Below are positions 1 through 10,613 of a DNA stretch of 64,000 bases, in pieces. A program made the translations under genes and the position numbers. Numbering within the stretch: position 1 is the stretch's first letter; each line of letters starts with the position of its first letter. This stretch comes from a virus, in the IMG/VR virus record IMGVR_UViG_3300016476_001289. One strand, written 5' to 3'. The notes under the pieces are model-generated. The model did not search any database. It had not been told where the DNA came from and saw nothing but the letters and a program-made list of their open reading frames with translations.

Positions 1-192
1 CCACAGCCCAACAAGCTGAGGAGTTCTTAAAGAAAAGAAAAGGGGAGGAACGAGTCTATTGGTGTAAAGAGGATTCCCCTTTATGTAGGGGAGAGGGGAT
101 AAAACATGAATGGGTAAAATTGGGTGGTAAAAGATAATAGTTTTTTAATGATTAACTCTATAATGAAAACTTATATAAAGGAGCATTTTTTT

Positions 193-3100
193 ATGAGTAT
201 GACTACAAATACGAGTGAAATTGAAAATGACATTGGAGCTCACAATGAGTGGATTAAAAACAAAGTTCTTAATCCCTACAAAGGAGCTTTCTATCGTCAA
301 TATGGGGCTAAGTTTAGCCGTAATAAAAAGTCTTATGGTCTTTTGAGAATCTATCAAATTCTTATTGCCCTAGATGACTATTTATTGGATAGAGTTGAAA
401 GAGCATTAAGAGGTGAAAAGATTATTTTCAATCTCGCTCCTGATTATATCTTGTCTGTAAAATGGCTTATTGATGCTTTTGAATATAATGGTTGGAAGGT
501 TGAAGCTGCCCAACTAGCTAATATTCACATGACTCTTTTGCCACAAATTAAAAAGATTGATAATCATATCAAGACAGATCTTGGTAATTTCTTTAAAGCT
601 AATGAAATAGGAAGCACTTCAACAGCTTCTATTTCTGAAGTAAATAAGATTTGGGAAGATTTTGTGGTTCAACCATTCTATCGCCAACTCGTATCTGATA
701 TGGGTAAAATGATCCAACTTATTTGTACTACTATCAATTTACCTGTTACCACAGATGAGAAGTATAACAAGATAACCCATGTTTATTATTTACAATTCTC
801 TATTGTTCCTAAGCCACAATTATCAACATCAGAAGCTAGTGAAGATTTAACTAAGCAAATTGAGTTCAATAAGAAACTAGCACAAGTTAAAGAAACCCTA
901 GTTAAAAAAGATTTTGTGTCTGAAGGCTTGTCCGTAAGTCGTTTAAGATTTGGTCCCTATATGCTTATGGTAGGTAGTGATCCAGGTGAAAAAGAAACTA
1001 TCACTGATGAAAAAACAGGTGAAGTTAAAGTTCAAAACAAGATGAAAAAAATCTATTGCGATCAATTTGCTGATAAAGGCTATTTTGAAAACATGAATGA
1101 ACTTAAAGCTTATGCCACAGAATACAACACTAAGTATAATGCTTTAAGATCACTTGTACATAATCCCAAGATTGTGCCTTCACAAGTTGAAATTGAAACC
1201 GTAGATGAAGTTACTGGACAAAAGAAAATTGAAAAGAAATACCAAACATCTTTTAAAGATGCTAATGGTCGTATTCTTGGTAAATTCTTAAACACTGAAA
1301 TTCAATATACCCAAATTCAAGCTAAACCTGGTGTGCGTGGTCAAGGTATCAAAACCAATAAAATCATTCATCAAGTCAGTAGATTAGATGAAGAAGCCAT
1401 GTCCCATGTTTATGGTGAAGTTAAGGTTCGTGAAATTAGTGATGTGGATCGTGATAATAAATTCACCCGATACTCTTTAAAGAGGAATCTTGAAACCCAA
1501 ATGGTTAAAGATAGTGTTGGTCGTGAAAGAATTATCATTACCACAGGTAAATATCGTGGCTACTTCCTTGAAGATATTGTTAATGTTGAAGGTCGTATGA
1601 TTGAAGGTAGTTCCTATACTTTCAATCTCAAAGGTCGTGTCAATAAATATGAATCCATTGTTAATGGGGAATTAAAAGTTGAAAACCTTGAAGAACCTTA
1701 TATCACTATATCACAAGATGCTGATTGTAAAAATGCTAAAACCAGTGAAGATAAAATAGCTAAATGTAGATTCTATCTTGGTATCCCTTACATTGCAGGT
1801 AAAACTAATATGTTTAAGGCTGAAAGAGATTCTATGTATCTTTTATCTAAAAAGATGTCAGATGTTCAACTCATTCCTGATACCAATCGTCAATTCTGGA
1901 CTTTTGGTCTATCTTCTTATGAATCAGTAAGAACAGCATTAGGTTCATGTGCATTATCAGCAAGTGCTGCTTCTTTACTCGACATCTACTATAAGGATCT
2001 CTTAAAGAAAGAATATGCCCTTAAAGAAGAAAATGTAAAACTCTATTCTGCTGAAAGAATCGGTGGGTTTAAAGCTAAATTGGCTAATAACGCTGATTTT
2101 AAACTCAACAATAAGCAAATGGAAGCTCTTGCATGGCTTGATGCTAATAACTTCACAGGTCTTATGGCACTTGATACAGGTGTTGGTAAGACTTTGTTGG
2201 CAACTGCTGCTATTATGTTGGCTAAAAAGAAAGAAAAAGAATCAGGTGAAAAAACAGAGAGAAAATTCTTATTTGTTCAACCTAAAGCTCTTGTAGGCAA
2301 TCTCGTTCAAAAGTCAGTTAATATTTTCTGTGAAAATCCAGGTGAAGTTGCTAAGAGAATCGTTGAAATTTCTTATGATGACTTTATGGATACTTGGTAC
2401 AAAGGTAAAAAAGTTGAAAATTCATCCTGGAGCATGGCTAAGGGTAATGCTCAAGTTACAAAAGAATATGGCGAAGATAAATTCTATGCTGTGTTCTTTG
2501 ATGAAATTAACTATGCTACTAAGGGTGATAAAGGTAGAGCAGTATCAGGCTTAAAACACTCAAGAAAAGTCCTACTCACAGGTAGTGCTATTGAAAAAGA
2601 CCCTACTGATCTTTTCAAGTTTGTTGCTTTAACTAAGGGCTTAGATATTAGCAAACCTGCTGAACAAAATAAATTTGTTCGTAAATATGCTAATGTTGTA
2701 GGTGGTCGTTTTGTTGGCGTTAAACCTGAAGTTAAAGGCGAGTTTGATACTTGGGTGAGAACTAATGCCTACTTTGCTGATAAACAAGAAGTTGATTATA
2801 AAGAAGTAGGACAACCTAAATTGTTGAAGCCTATTTCTAATAGTCATACTGTTGTAATGCCCACAGCATTACAAACTTTGTATTCAAAGAAAGCAGAACA
2901 AATAGAAAGTTCTCTTAAACAAATGTTGGCGATCTATTCACAATCTGCTAGTGAAAGAGGCGCTATCAATGATGAAAATAAGAAACTCTTAAAAGACTTA
3001 GCTCAAGGCTCACTTGCAAAAGAAATTAAATTCTTGCATGATCTTAGTTCTAATCCTAAGAGAGCTTTAGCTCGTATCTCTGATGCTGATCTAAGATCAA

Positions 3101-5304
3101 TGGGTTTAAATAAGAAAGAACTTTTAAGTGAAGGTAATCCTAAACTTAAAGCTTCTATCCAACTAGCTAAAGAACAAGATAGAAAAGGGGCTAAATCTCT
3201 TTACTTCACCGATGATAATAACCTTGCTATTGAAAATGCTATGGAACTAGCAAGTAATTTGCCTAGCGCCCATGTCGTTTGTTTACTCAATGAAATTCAT
3301 GTTTATCGTAATGGTGAATTAAAGAGAGTCTTTACTTCTAAGAATCCTACTGCAGATAAAGCAGAACAAGATAGAATTTTTAGAAATGCTGCTAAAAAAG
3401 AAGTTCCTGAAGAAAAGACACCCGAACAATTAGAACAAGAAACTAAATGGGCTCAATCTGTTCTTAAAGATATTATCATTGCTAATATCGCTGATGTTAA
3501 GACCATGACTTGTACTGCTCCTTTTGCTCGTGGTTTCAACTTCCAAGAATTTACCACCGTTATCCACCTAGATCGTAATGGCTGGTCTTCTGAAGAAATG
3601 AAACAAAGAACTGCTCGTTCTTATCGTCAAGGTCAATCTCAACAAGTTGAAGAGAAGTTCATTGATATGGTCTATGCTAATGATAAAGAATCAGTTGAAA
3701 AAGCTGTTTCTCTTATCGGTGCAGGTAAAGAAGCTGAGTTGTCTGATGGTTGGAAAAAACTTGTTTATGTTAAAGCAGGATTAAGACCTGCTATTGAACA
3801 ATATCGCTTCTCACCAGGTAACCTAGCTAATTACCTTCAAGGCTTACTCCTCAAAGAAAAAGGCGAAAAAGCTACTTCTATTGATGAACTTAAAGGACTC
3901 GTTCAAGGTAAAGACCAAGAATTTTTCAATGCTATCATTAAAGATGCTATGGGCTTAAACCTTTTACAATCCTATGAAGCTGTTCAAAGAGATACTTCTA
4001 AGAGCATTGGTACTAGTGCTAGATTGTTAATGAGAGCTATCAACCCCACTGAACAAAATGTTCAAAACATTCAAAATGCTCAAAGTGGTGCAGATAAAGC
4101 TCCTCTCTATTATGACACTCCTCTTGATGATAAACGCTTCAATAAAGTTAATCTCAAAGGTATCTCCACCCCATTGAATAGTGCTGATGTTCTTGATATG
4201 GCAGGTATCGGTGAAATTCTTAATGTTTCTAATAAACATTCAAGTAAAGCTGTTTCATTACCTAATGTTTCTAATGCCTTAATGAGTAATGAAATTACCA
4301 TTACTCAAGCAAGTGAAGAAACTCTTGTTAATAACCTCAAAGTAAGAATTAAACATGATGGTTCTAAACCCGTATCTGTTCAAATTGATTCTCTAGGTTT
4401 TAAGAATTGTGCACCACCTGATATGTTTGCTACTACTATCTTGTCTATGATCAAGAGTGCTGTTATGAGTGGAGCTAAAACATTATCTGTTAATGCTAAA
4501 GCAAATGAAGTTTCTGCCTATGTTAAATTAGGCTTTGATGCTAATATTCCTGTATCTCTTATCAAAACTTTAACCTCTGCATCTTCTAATGCAGATATTG
4601 CTAAAATCTTCTCTGATCTTGTTGAAGAAGCAGATGGTAATAAAGCAGATATTGTTAAACTTGGTTTATCAAGCTTGTTTAAGAAAATGAGTGGTACTCT
4701 TAGAGGTAGTGATGTTTGGAAACTTGCCCCCGTTGCTCTTAACTTAACTCTTGACCTCAATAATGATACTAGCATTGAACCTCTTATGATGTATTTCAAA
4801 ACTAAGGCTAAACAAGCAGGTATCAATTATAGTGAATTTTTCACCAAGAATGACATCCCCCCATTCCACACTCAAAGTGCTAAGTGCTGGATTGGTTTCT
4901 TGTCAGGTGGTTTTGATTCCCATGTCGATATGCCTAAAGAAGCTATCGTTAAGAAGTATCTTACCGAGCTTAAAAAAGTTATCATCAGTAATCCTGCTGA
5001 AGCACCTACTATCGTTAGAATGGTTGGTATGACTGCTCCTAGTGTGGCTAAACAACTTCAAACTATTATCTCTCGTCTTAATTCAACACCCGACTTAGCT
5101 TCTAAAGTTAAGTTTGTTGAAGATACTATGGATAAGAAAGCTAGTTTAAAGAAGAAAGCTAGTATCTTTGATGACCTCGATAATGACCCTGTTCTTAATG
5201 AAGTATGGGATACCCTTATTGAAGTAGATCAAGCTAAATTCACCCAAGCTGATATGGCTCTCGATGAAGGCAACTTCCTCGCAGCTGATATTCTTAAACC
5301 CTAA
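193..5304 (+). CDS. Giant SNF2/SWI2-family (SF2) helicase-ATPase, possibly virion-associated
   Basis: Motifs Q (LNNKQMEAL), I (ALDTGVGKT), II (VFFDEIN), III (LLTGSAIE), V-VI (ARGFNFQ...QRTARSYRQGQ). SD aaggag at 178-183 favours ATG 193 over the ORF-track start at 124. Confidence 0.85.
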   Translation: MSMTTNTSEIENDIGAHNEWIKNKVLNPYKGAFYRQYGAKFSRNKKSYGLLRIYQILIALDDYLLDRVERALRGEKIIFNLAPDYILSVKWLIDAFEYNGWKVEAAQLANIHMTLLPQIKKIDNHIKTDLGNFFKANEIGSTSTASISEVNKIWEDFVVQPFYRQLVSDMGKMIQLICTTINLPVTTDEKYNKITHVYYLQFSIVPKPQLSTSEASEDLTKQIEFNKKLAQVKETLVKKDFVSEGLSVSRLRFGPYMLMVGSDPGEKETITDEKTGEVKVQNKMKKIYCDQFADKGYFENMNELKAYATEYNTKYNALRSLVHNPKIVPSQVEIETVDEVTGQKKIEKKYQTSFKDANGRILGKFLNTEIQYTQIQAKPGVRGQGIKTNKIIHQVSRLDEEAMSHVYGEVKVREISDVDRDNKFTRYSLKRNLETQMVKDSVGRERIIITTGKYRGYFLEDIVNVEGRMIEGSSYTFNLKGRVNKYESIVNGELKVENLEEPYITISQDADCKNAKTSEDKIAKCRFYLGIPYIAGKTNMFKAERDSMYLLSKKMSDVQLIPDTNRQFWTFGLSSYESVRTALGSCALSASAASLLDIYYKDLLKKEYALKEENVKLYSAERIGGFKAKLANNADFKLNNKQMEALAWLDANNFTGLMALDTGVGKTLLATAAIMLAKKKEKESGEKTERKFLFVQPKALVGNLVQKSVNIFCENPGEVAKRIVEISYDDFMDTWYKGKKVENSSWSMAKGNAQVTKEYGEDKFYAVFFDEINYATKGDKGRAVSGLKHSRKVLLTGSAIEKDPTDLFKFVALTKGLDISKPAEQNKFVRKYANVVGGRFVGVKPEVKGEFDTWVRTNAYFADKQEVDYKEVGQPKLLKPISNSHTVVMPTALQTLYSKKAEQIESSLKQMLAIYSQSASERGAINDENKKLLKDLAQGSLAKEIKFLHDLSSNPKRALARISDADLRSMGLNKKELLSEGNPKLKASIQLAKEQDRKGAKSLYFTDDNNLAIENAMELASNLPSAHVVCLLNEIHVYRNGELKRVFTSKNPTADKAEQDRIFRNAAKKEVPEEKTPEQLEQETKWAQSVLKDIIIANIADVKTMTCTAPFARGFNFQEFTTVIHLDRNGWSSEEMKQRTARSYRQGQSQQVEEKFIDMVYANDKESVEKAVSLIGAGKEAELSDGWKKLVYVKAGLRPAIEQYRFSPGNLANYLQGLLLKEKGEKATSIDELKGLVQGKDQEFFNAIIKDAMGLNLLQSYEAVQRDTSKSIGTSARLLMRAINPTEQNVQNIQNAQSGADKAPLYYDTPLDDKRFNKVNLKGISTPLNSADVLDMAGIGEILNVSNKHSSKAVSLPNVSNALMSNEITITQASEETLVNNLKVRIKHDGSKPVSVQIDSLGFKNCAPPDMFATTILSMIKSAVMSGAKTLSVNAKANEVSAYVKLGFDANIPVSLIKTLTSASSNADIAKIFSDLVEEADGNKADIVKLGLSSLFKKMSGTLRGSDVWKLAPVALNLTLDLNNDTSIEPLMMYFKTKAKQAGINYSEFFTKNDIPPFHTQSAKCWIGFLSGGFDSHVDMPKEAIVKKYLTELKKVIISNPAEAPTIVRMVGMTAPSVAKQLQTIISRLNSTPDLASKVKFVEDTMDKKASLKKKASIFDDLDNDPVLNEVWDTLIEVDQAKFTQADMALDEGNFLAADILKP

Positions 5305-5319
5305 TCGGAGTTGATCTAA

Positions 5320-5574
5320 ATGCAACCACAAACTATTCAAGAATGGGTTTTATACATTACCCAAATCTCTGATGATGAACTCATTAACCAAGCTCGTGCT
5401 GCAGGTTCTTTAAAGTTCATTGAAATGCTACAAGAAGAAGGCTATTCTATGCAAGACATCGGTAAAATCCATACTGCTTTTGCACTTAGATTTAAAAAGA
5501 CTGGTCGTAGAATCCCCCTAGAACTCGAAGATTGCTCTGTCAATTACGCTTCTCTAGCAAATCCTGCCTTCTAA
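5320..5574 (+). CDS. hypothetical protein
   Basis: 84-aa ORF with ggag SD directly after the helicase. Confidence 0.6.
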   Translation: MQPQTIQEWVLYITQISDDELINQARAAGSLKFIEMLQEEGYSMQDIGKIHTAFALRFKKTGRRIPLELEDCSVNYASLANPAF

Positions 5575-5896
5575 GTATCAACATCTCACTTATATAGTGA
5601 TACTGACCTAAATTACTAATTATCCTATCTATATCATCAAATTTATTTACCACACTACATATATACCCATACATCATGTAATCATCTTCACTAAACTTAT
5701 CTAAATCCCACCCCATATCATTAAACCCACTCAAATTCTTATTGTCATTAAATGGGTCTTTTATATCCCTACCCTTATATTCACACCATAATCTATAATC
5801 ATATATCTCTATATCTTCACCTATAAATTGAAGATAATCTGCCCTTTCTCGTCTTATCATATCATAATAGTATTTAAGGGCAGAGGGGGGTTTCAT
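5540..5896 (-). CDS. hypothetical protein
   Basis: 118-aa ORF overlapping the stop of 5893..6375. Confidence 0.5.
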   Translation of the reverse strand: MKPPSALKYYYDMIRRERADYLQFIGEDIEIYDYRLWCEYKGRDIKDPFNDNKNLSGFNDMGWDLDKFSEDDYMMYGYICSVVNKFDDIDRIISNLGQYHYISEMLILRRQDLLEKRN

Positions 5897-6375
5897 ACTT
5901 TCAATGGTTCGCCATTATCATCAAACATTCTTTCAATGTCATATTTACCATCATCACCTACCTTAACACTCCACAAATCTTTTGTTGATTTATGCACAAG
6001 TTCACCTTCTAAATTTGTTCCTGCTACTACATAAAATCCCTCTAAGCTACTTACTCGCTTACTAGCTAAACGAACATTAGTTAATGGGGCTTGTGTGATT
6101 TTATTTGTGCCATCCCATTTAACAAACACATAGCCGTCCATAGCTGTCTTACGACCACCCATTGTATTTACAGCTGTCACAGTTCCCTTAGTGCCTTGTG
6201 TGGGTAAATTACCTGGAATGATTAAACCATTATTATGATAGGCATATACTCTTGCCCCATCTATCATAGATGATGTTTTAGCTTGTTTAACACTAACAAG
6301 TTCTCTTAATTGTGTGGTTTCTTCTAAGACGGTATCTATACTAGCTGTCTTACTTGTATTTACAAAACTAATCAT
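5893..6375 (-). CDS. hypothetical protein, possible virion protein
   Basis: 160 aa, SD aaggag, several K/R-x-A-S motifs (KTAS, RLAS). Confidence 0.55.
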   Translation of the reverse strand: MISFVNTSKTASIDTVLEETTQLRELVSVKQAKTSSMIDGARVYAYHNNGLIIPGNLPTQGTKGTVTAVNTMGGRKTAMDGYVFVKWDGTNKITQAPLTNVRLASKRVSSLEGFYVVAGTNLEGELVHKSTKDLWSVKVGDDGKYDIERMFDDNGEPLKV

Positions 6376-6434
6376 TTTGATTTACTCCCTTGTGGTTTTA
6401 AATTCTTAAACAATGGGAGTTTTATAGATAAATA

Positions 6435-6470
6435 AAAAAACCCCCAAGTATTTTCATACAAGGGGGTTTT
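6435..6470 (-). terminator. intrinsic terminator downstream of the SSB-like gene
   Basis: aaaacccc...ggggtttt stem followed by a T-run on the minus strand. Confidence 0.6.
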
Positions 6471-6513
6471 ACACAACAACAACTCGCAAACCACCTAAGT
6501 GGCATTACAAGGT

Positions 6514-7230
6514 TTAAATATCATCAAGTACGCTATTCAATACATCATCAACATTGCTAAATGATGAAGCTGTATTTGCCATACCTGCTACTGGACTACC
6601 ACCATTCTTACCTGCTAACTTCTCACGAATTTGTTCTACAGTCAAATCTTGAGCAATATCATCTTGTAAGCGATTATACAAATCTCTAGCAACACTGATA
6701 AGGTCATTATAGATTTGTGGGGTCTTTTCCTTTACACTAAGTAAAAGATTTTCACGAGCAGGAGAGAAAGACATCTTGTGGAATGTAGGGTCAGTCACAT
6801 CAGCTAAAACATCATGCTTAGTTAATGGGAATTCGCTGTTGGTGGTATCAAGTTGCTTATACTTATCGAGAGATAGAGTCCAAGTCTTTACTTCATATTC
6901 CCCACGAGCAAGGCGACTAGCATCAACTTTACCTGTGGTCATATCTACTGGCCAGAGAACAACAACTGTTGCGATAGCTACCTTTGATGGTTCAGTAGCA
7001 AACTTTTGAAACTCAGGACCATTGTCTAGGAAGTAGCCAACATCTTTGTTATACAATCTACGACCACCTTTGAACAAAGGAGCAGAAGCATTGAAATCAG
7101 GAGCGCCATTTTCGATACCAGGGAGAGCAACAAAGCTAATGCGATACTTGCCTTTTTGTGGTTTCCAACGAGCTTTGCCTGAGGAGAGGATTGGTGATGA
7201 ACCACCGAGTGTAAAAGTAGAAATACTCAT
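6514..7230 (-). CDS. probable phage single-stranded DNA-binding protein (gp32-like)
   Basis: 238 aa, beta-rich aromatic core, low-complexity linker and acidic tail ending DDVLNSVLDDI; no database check. Confidence 0.5.
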   Translation of the reverse strand: MSISTFTLGGSSPILSSGKARWKPQKGKYRISFVALPGIENGAPDFNASAPLFKGGRRLYNKDVGYFLDNGPEFQKFATEPSKVAIATVVVLWPVDMTTGKVDASRLARGEYEVKTWTLSLDKYKQLDTTNSEFPLTKHDVLADVTDPTFHKMSFSPARENLLLSVKEKTPQIYNDLISVARDLYNRLQDDIAQDLTVEQIREKLAGKNGGSPVAGMANTASSFSNVDDVLNSVLDDI

Positions 7231-7373
7231 TTGAGAGCTCCTATTTTTGAAAGTGTAAAAACTATGTCTTGTGCTAGGTTTTTTAAGAATTTACATTCAA
7301 CTCAACATTGCACTATCGACATTTATATCTTATATGATCACCTATAAAAAAGTTTAGCTTTTTTTATTTTTTT

Positions 7374-7820
7374 TTAAACAATAAAATTTATTGCTCTGAT
7401 TGCATTGTGAATCACAGGATAAACCATATTCTCAAATACTACTAAAGTCCCGAGAATATCGTGTTCTGTGGGGATCATCATATCCCCCATTCTCTTAACA
7501 TTTTCTATTCCTAGTTCTTTCATATTTAATTTAGATTCATTTTCATCACTATATTCTATATCCCATTGCTCATCACCTGCCTTATTTTTTATAGCTTCTA
7601 TACATAATTTAGATACTTCATCTAAAGATAGCTTCAACCCCCATGTCATCACCCGACCTTGAGAATTAGGTTTATCTACCCATTTAAGCTCATTCATTTT
7701 AGAATATCCTACTAATATAGGAGTGCAATGTGGTGGCACAGGCACTTCTAAAAATAAAGGGGCTTTTTTGTTTTCTACTTTAATCACTTCAAACGGGATG
7801 TTATTCATCGCTATTCTCAT
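7374..7820 (-). CDS. hypothetical protein
   Basis: 148-aa ORF in operon-like arrangement with 7801..8211. Confidence 0.55.
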   Translation of the reverse strand: MRIAMNNIPFEVIKVENKKAPLFLEVPVPPHCTPILVGYSKMNELKWVDKPNSQGRVMTWGLKLSLDEVSKLCIEAIKNKAGDEQWDIEYSDENESKLNMKELGIENVKRMGDMMIPTEHDILGTLVVFENMVYPVIHNAIRAINFIV

Positions 7821-8211
7821 CTTTCAGTTCATCTGTTGTTTCTAATTCATCTACCCCACCTAAAACCCATAACAATGCTGCTATGTCAGGATAGACCCTA
7901 GCTATTTCTCCCATATCTCCACTCGCTAATAAATCATCTACTTCTTTTTCAACATCCTCTTTTGTCTTATGTGGTTTAAAGAAGGGGCAATGTGGTGGAA
8001 CAGCATTATCACATATCATGCCTTCCCATTCTTTAGGCTTCTCTGCATCTAATAAACACACATAGAATAAATCATCGCCACTAGATCCCTTAACTAATCC
8101 TGAGTGCTTACAATTACATGGCTTACGAGATAAACCATTTCGTATCGCCTTTTGAACGATACGATACTTTACTTGTTTAAGCTTATGTCTTATTGAGCCT
8201 TCTGTTTTCAT
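7801..8211 (-). CDS. Cys-rich hypothetical protein
   Basis: PCNCKH...C...C...CPFF pattern. Confidence 0.55.
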   Translation of the reverse strand: MKTEGSIRHKLKQVKYRIVQKAIRNGLSRKPCNCKHSGLVKGSSGDDLFYVCLLDAEKPKEWEGMICDNAVPPHCPFFKPHKTKEDVEKEVDDLLASGDMGEIARVYPDIAALLWVLGGVDELETTDELKDENSDE

Positions 8212-8309
8212 TGTTTTACCTTATAGGGAATTTCTTAATGTCATTATACAATAGTCTTTTTATGAATTTACATATATATAATACAAACACATATTAAGGA
8301 GTATATTTC

Positions 8310-8567
8310 ATGTTTAGATCAAGAAAATCAGCTGCTATGCCTAATGTTTTCTCTCTTCAACTACAACAAGTTAAAGCTAAAGTAGAACAAGCTCAAGCTT
8401 TACTCGAACAAGCTAATCAAATGGCTTTTGATTTACCTACTTTTTCACCCGTAAGAGAAAAAGTTAAAGTCGCTGTCGCTAATACTATCGGTAAAAATAT
8501 TCACGAAATAGATAAAACACTCGATATGATTGAAAGAGTAGAATCTAATATTGATATGCTTAAATAA
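8310..8567 (+). CDS. small coiled-coil protein
   Basis: SD aaggag, heptad-rich 85 aa. Confidence 0.55.
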   Translation: MFRSRKSAAMPNVFSLQLQQVKAKVEQAQALLEQANQMAFDLPTFSPVREKVKVAVANTIGKNIHEIDKTLDMIERVESNIDMLK

Positions 8568-8588
8568 TTAAGCATTTAAGGTAGCAAG

Positions 8589-9344
8589 ATGTTTATTGCA
8601 ACTCATGGGATTATTAAACCCACTAATACCCCTAGTTTTATCTCAGGGGCTACCATGATTACCTATTGGGATATTCAAAATAGTTCATCTTATAGTGGTA
8701 GTGGCACTACTATCACTGACCTAGATGGCACTAATAATGGCACTCTTGTAGGGTCTGTTCCTTATACGAGTGGCACTCCTAAATATCTATCCCTTGATAG
8801 CACAACATCTAACTATGTAAGAACTTCTACTAACCTAAACTCATCTTTATCACCTGCTAATACAGGCACAAACATATCTGTTTTCACTTGGGTCTATCCT
8901 ACGAGTAATGGCGTTATCTTATCTGAACAAGGCACTACTACTCCAGATACTTCATGGTATGACTCACAAATAGAATGGGTCAGTGGCACTCCTAGATTTT
9001 CAGTCTGGCCCTATAATATAGGTGGTCCTCCCTTAATCACTTCCTCTGTTTCAGCAGGGTTAAATGCGTGGCACTATGTTGGCTTTACTTATAATGGCAC
9101 TACTTTAACTGCCTATGTTAATGGTCAATCGGCTGGTACTTCTAACATATCAAGACAAACTCCATATAACACAGGTGGTGGGGTAGGTTTATATTACACA
9201 CTAGGTTATCCTACTTCTACTAATATGGGAAGTGGAGCAGGGTCTAATTTTAGATTAGGTGCTTTCCATGTATGGAATAATGCCATAAGTGGAGCAACAA
9301 TTCTTAATAACTACAATGCCACTAAATCTACTTATGGGAAGTAA
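8589..9344 (+). CDS. LamG/concanavalin A-like domain protein (probable virion surface or adhesion protein)
   Basis: SVFTWVYP, WHYVGFTYNGTTLTAYVNG and FHVWNNAIS are LamG-like signatures. Confidence 0.8.
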   Translation: MFIATHGIIKPTNTPSFISGATMITYWDIQNSSSYSGSGTTITDLDGTNNGTLVGSVPYTSGTPKYLSLDSTTSNYVRTSTNLNSSLSPANTGTNISVFTWVYPTSNGVILSEQGTTTPDTSWYDSQIEWVSGTPRFSVWPYNIGGPPLITSSVSAGLNAWHYVGFTYNGTTLTAYVNGQSAGTSNISRQTPYNTGGGVGLYYTLGYPTSTNMGSGAGSNFRLGAFHVWNNAISGATILNNYNATKSTYGK

Positions 9345-9347
9345 AAT

Positions 9348-10610
9348 ATGTTTATAGCTACTCATGGGGTTGTTAAACAATCTTATTTTTTTATATCTGG
9401 GTCATCTATGATTACCTATTGGGATATTCAAAATAGTTCATCTTATAGTGGTAGTGGCGCTACTATCACTGACCTAGATGGCACTAATAATGGCACTCTT
9501 GTAGGCACTGTTGCTTACACAAGTGGCACTCCTAATTACCTATCTCTTGATAGTGGATCAACCAATTACATAAGAACAAATACTGATTTAAACTCATCTT
9601 TATCACCTGCTAATACAAGTGAAGTCATATCTGTTTTTGCTTGGGTCTATCCTACGAGTAATGGCGTTATCCTAACTGAGCAAGGGGCTACTACTCAAAG
9701 TAGTTCTAATGGCTGGAATATTTCACAGATAGAATGGGTCAGTGGCACTCCTAAATTTGCTGTTTATCCCTATGCTGGATTGACAAGGGTTAATATATAT
9801 AGCACTCATGGTGGTAATGGTAGCACTTCTCAATATGTAAATTATCCTACAACTACGGCAGAATTTGACAAGCTCTTTAACACAGCATACTCAAATACCA
9901 CTCTTGCTTGGAATGGTAATTTAAATGCTTCTGTTTCATTAAACAATAGCATTTATACTACCTTAACAGGAGCAGGTGCTACCGTACCCAATTCAGGCGA
10001 CTACTTCTCTCTTGAAGTCAATGGCGTTTTCATACCACAAGAAACAGGTAGCTATTCTTTTGGTATCAATTCCGATGATGGTAGTGATCTCTTTATTGGT
10101 GGGACTTTTGTTGTCAGTTATTATGGGGGTCATGGTATGGCAGGTCCTCAATATGGAACTATCTCTTTAACGGCAGGTCAAGCATATACATTTAGAGCTA
10201 GGATGCAAGAATATGGGGGAGGTGAAGGCTTACAAGTTGTTTGGAAAAGACCTTCTCAAAGTGTCTATTCTTTACAAACAGATGAGTTAAACCCATCATC
10301 TACTATCACTTCATCTATTTCAGCAGCCCTTAACACTTGGCACTATGTCGGTTATACCTATGACGGAACTACCTTGAGAGCTTATGTTAATGGTCAATCA
10401 GCAGGGTCAGCCACTCTAAATAGACAGACCTCTTATAACACTGAAACTAAAGGTTTATACTATGCACTAGGTTATCCCACAAGTACAAATATGGGAAGTG
10501 GTGCAGGAGCAAATTACCGACTCGGTGCTTTTCATGTATGGAATGATGCTATCAGTTCATCAAAAATTCTTAATAATTTTAATGCCACTAGAAATAAATA
10601 TGGAAAATAA
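9348..10610 (+). CDS. LamG-like protein with inserted PA14 domain
   Basis: Paralog of 8589..9344 plus PA14 signature (GVFIPQETGSYSFGINSDDGSDLFI...MQEYGGGEGLQVVWKRP). Confidence 0.8.
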   Translation: MFIATHGVVKQSYFFISGSSMITYWDIQNSSSYSGSGATITDLDGTNNGTLVGTVAYTSGTPNYLSLDSGSTNYIRTNTDLNSSLSPANTSEVISVFAWVYPTSNGVILTEQGATTQSSSNGWNISQIEWVSGTPKFAVYPYAGLTRVNIYSTHGGNGSTSQYVNYPTTTAEFDKLFNTAYSNTTLAWNGNLNASVSLNNSIYTTLTGAGATVPNSGDYFSLEVNGVFIPQETGSYSFGINSDDGSDLFIGGTFVVSYYGGHGMAGPQYGTISLTAGQAYTFRARMQEYGGGEGLQVVWKRPSQSVYSLQTDELNPSSTITSSISAALNTWHYVGYTYDGTTLRAYVNGQSAGSATLNRQTSYNTETKGLYYALGYPTSTNMGSGAGANYRLGAFHVWNDAISSSKILNNFNATRNKYGK

Positions 10611-10613
10611 AAT

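Noticed and set aside
145-5340. Short antisense or alternate-frame ORFs inside the helicase (and similar ones within the Topo, groEL and MTase genes)
   Set aside because: Fully nested in long coding genes, no SD, no recognisable motifs
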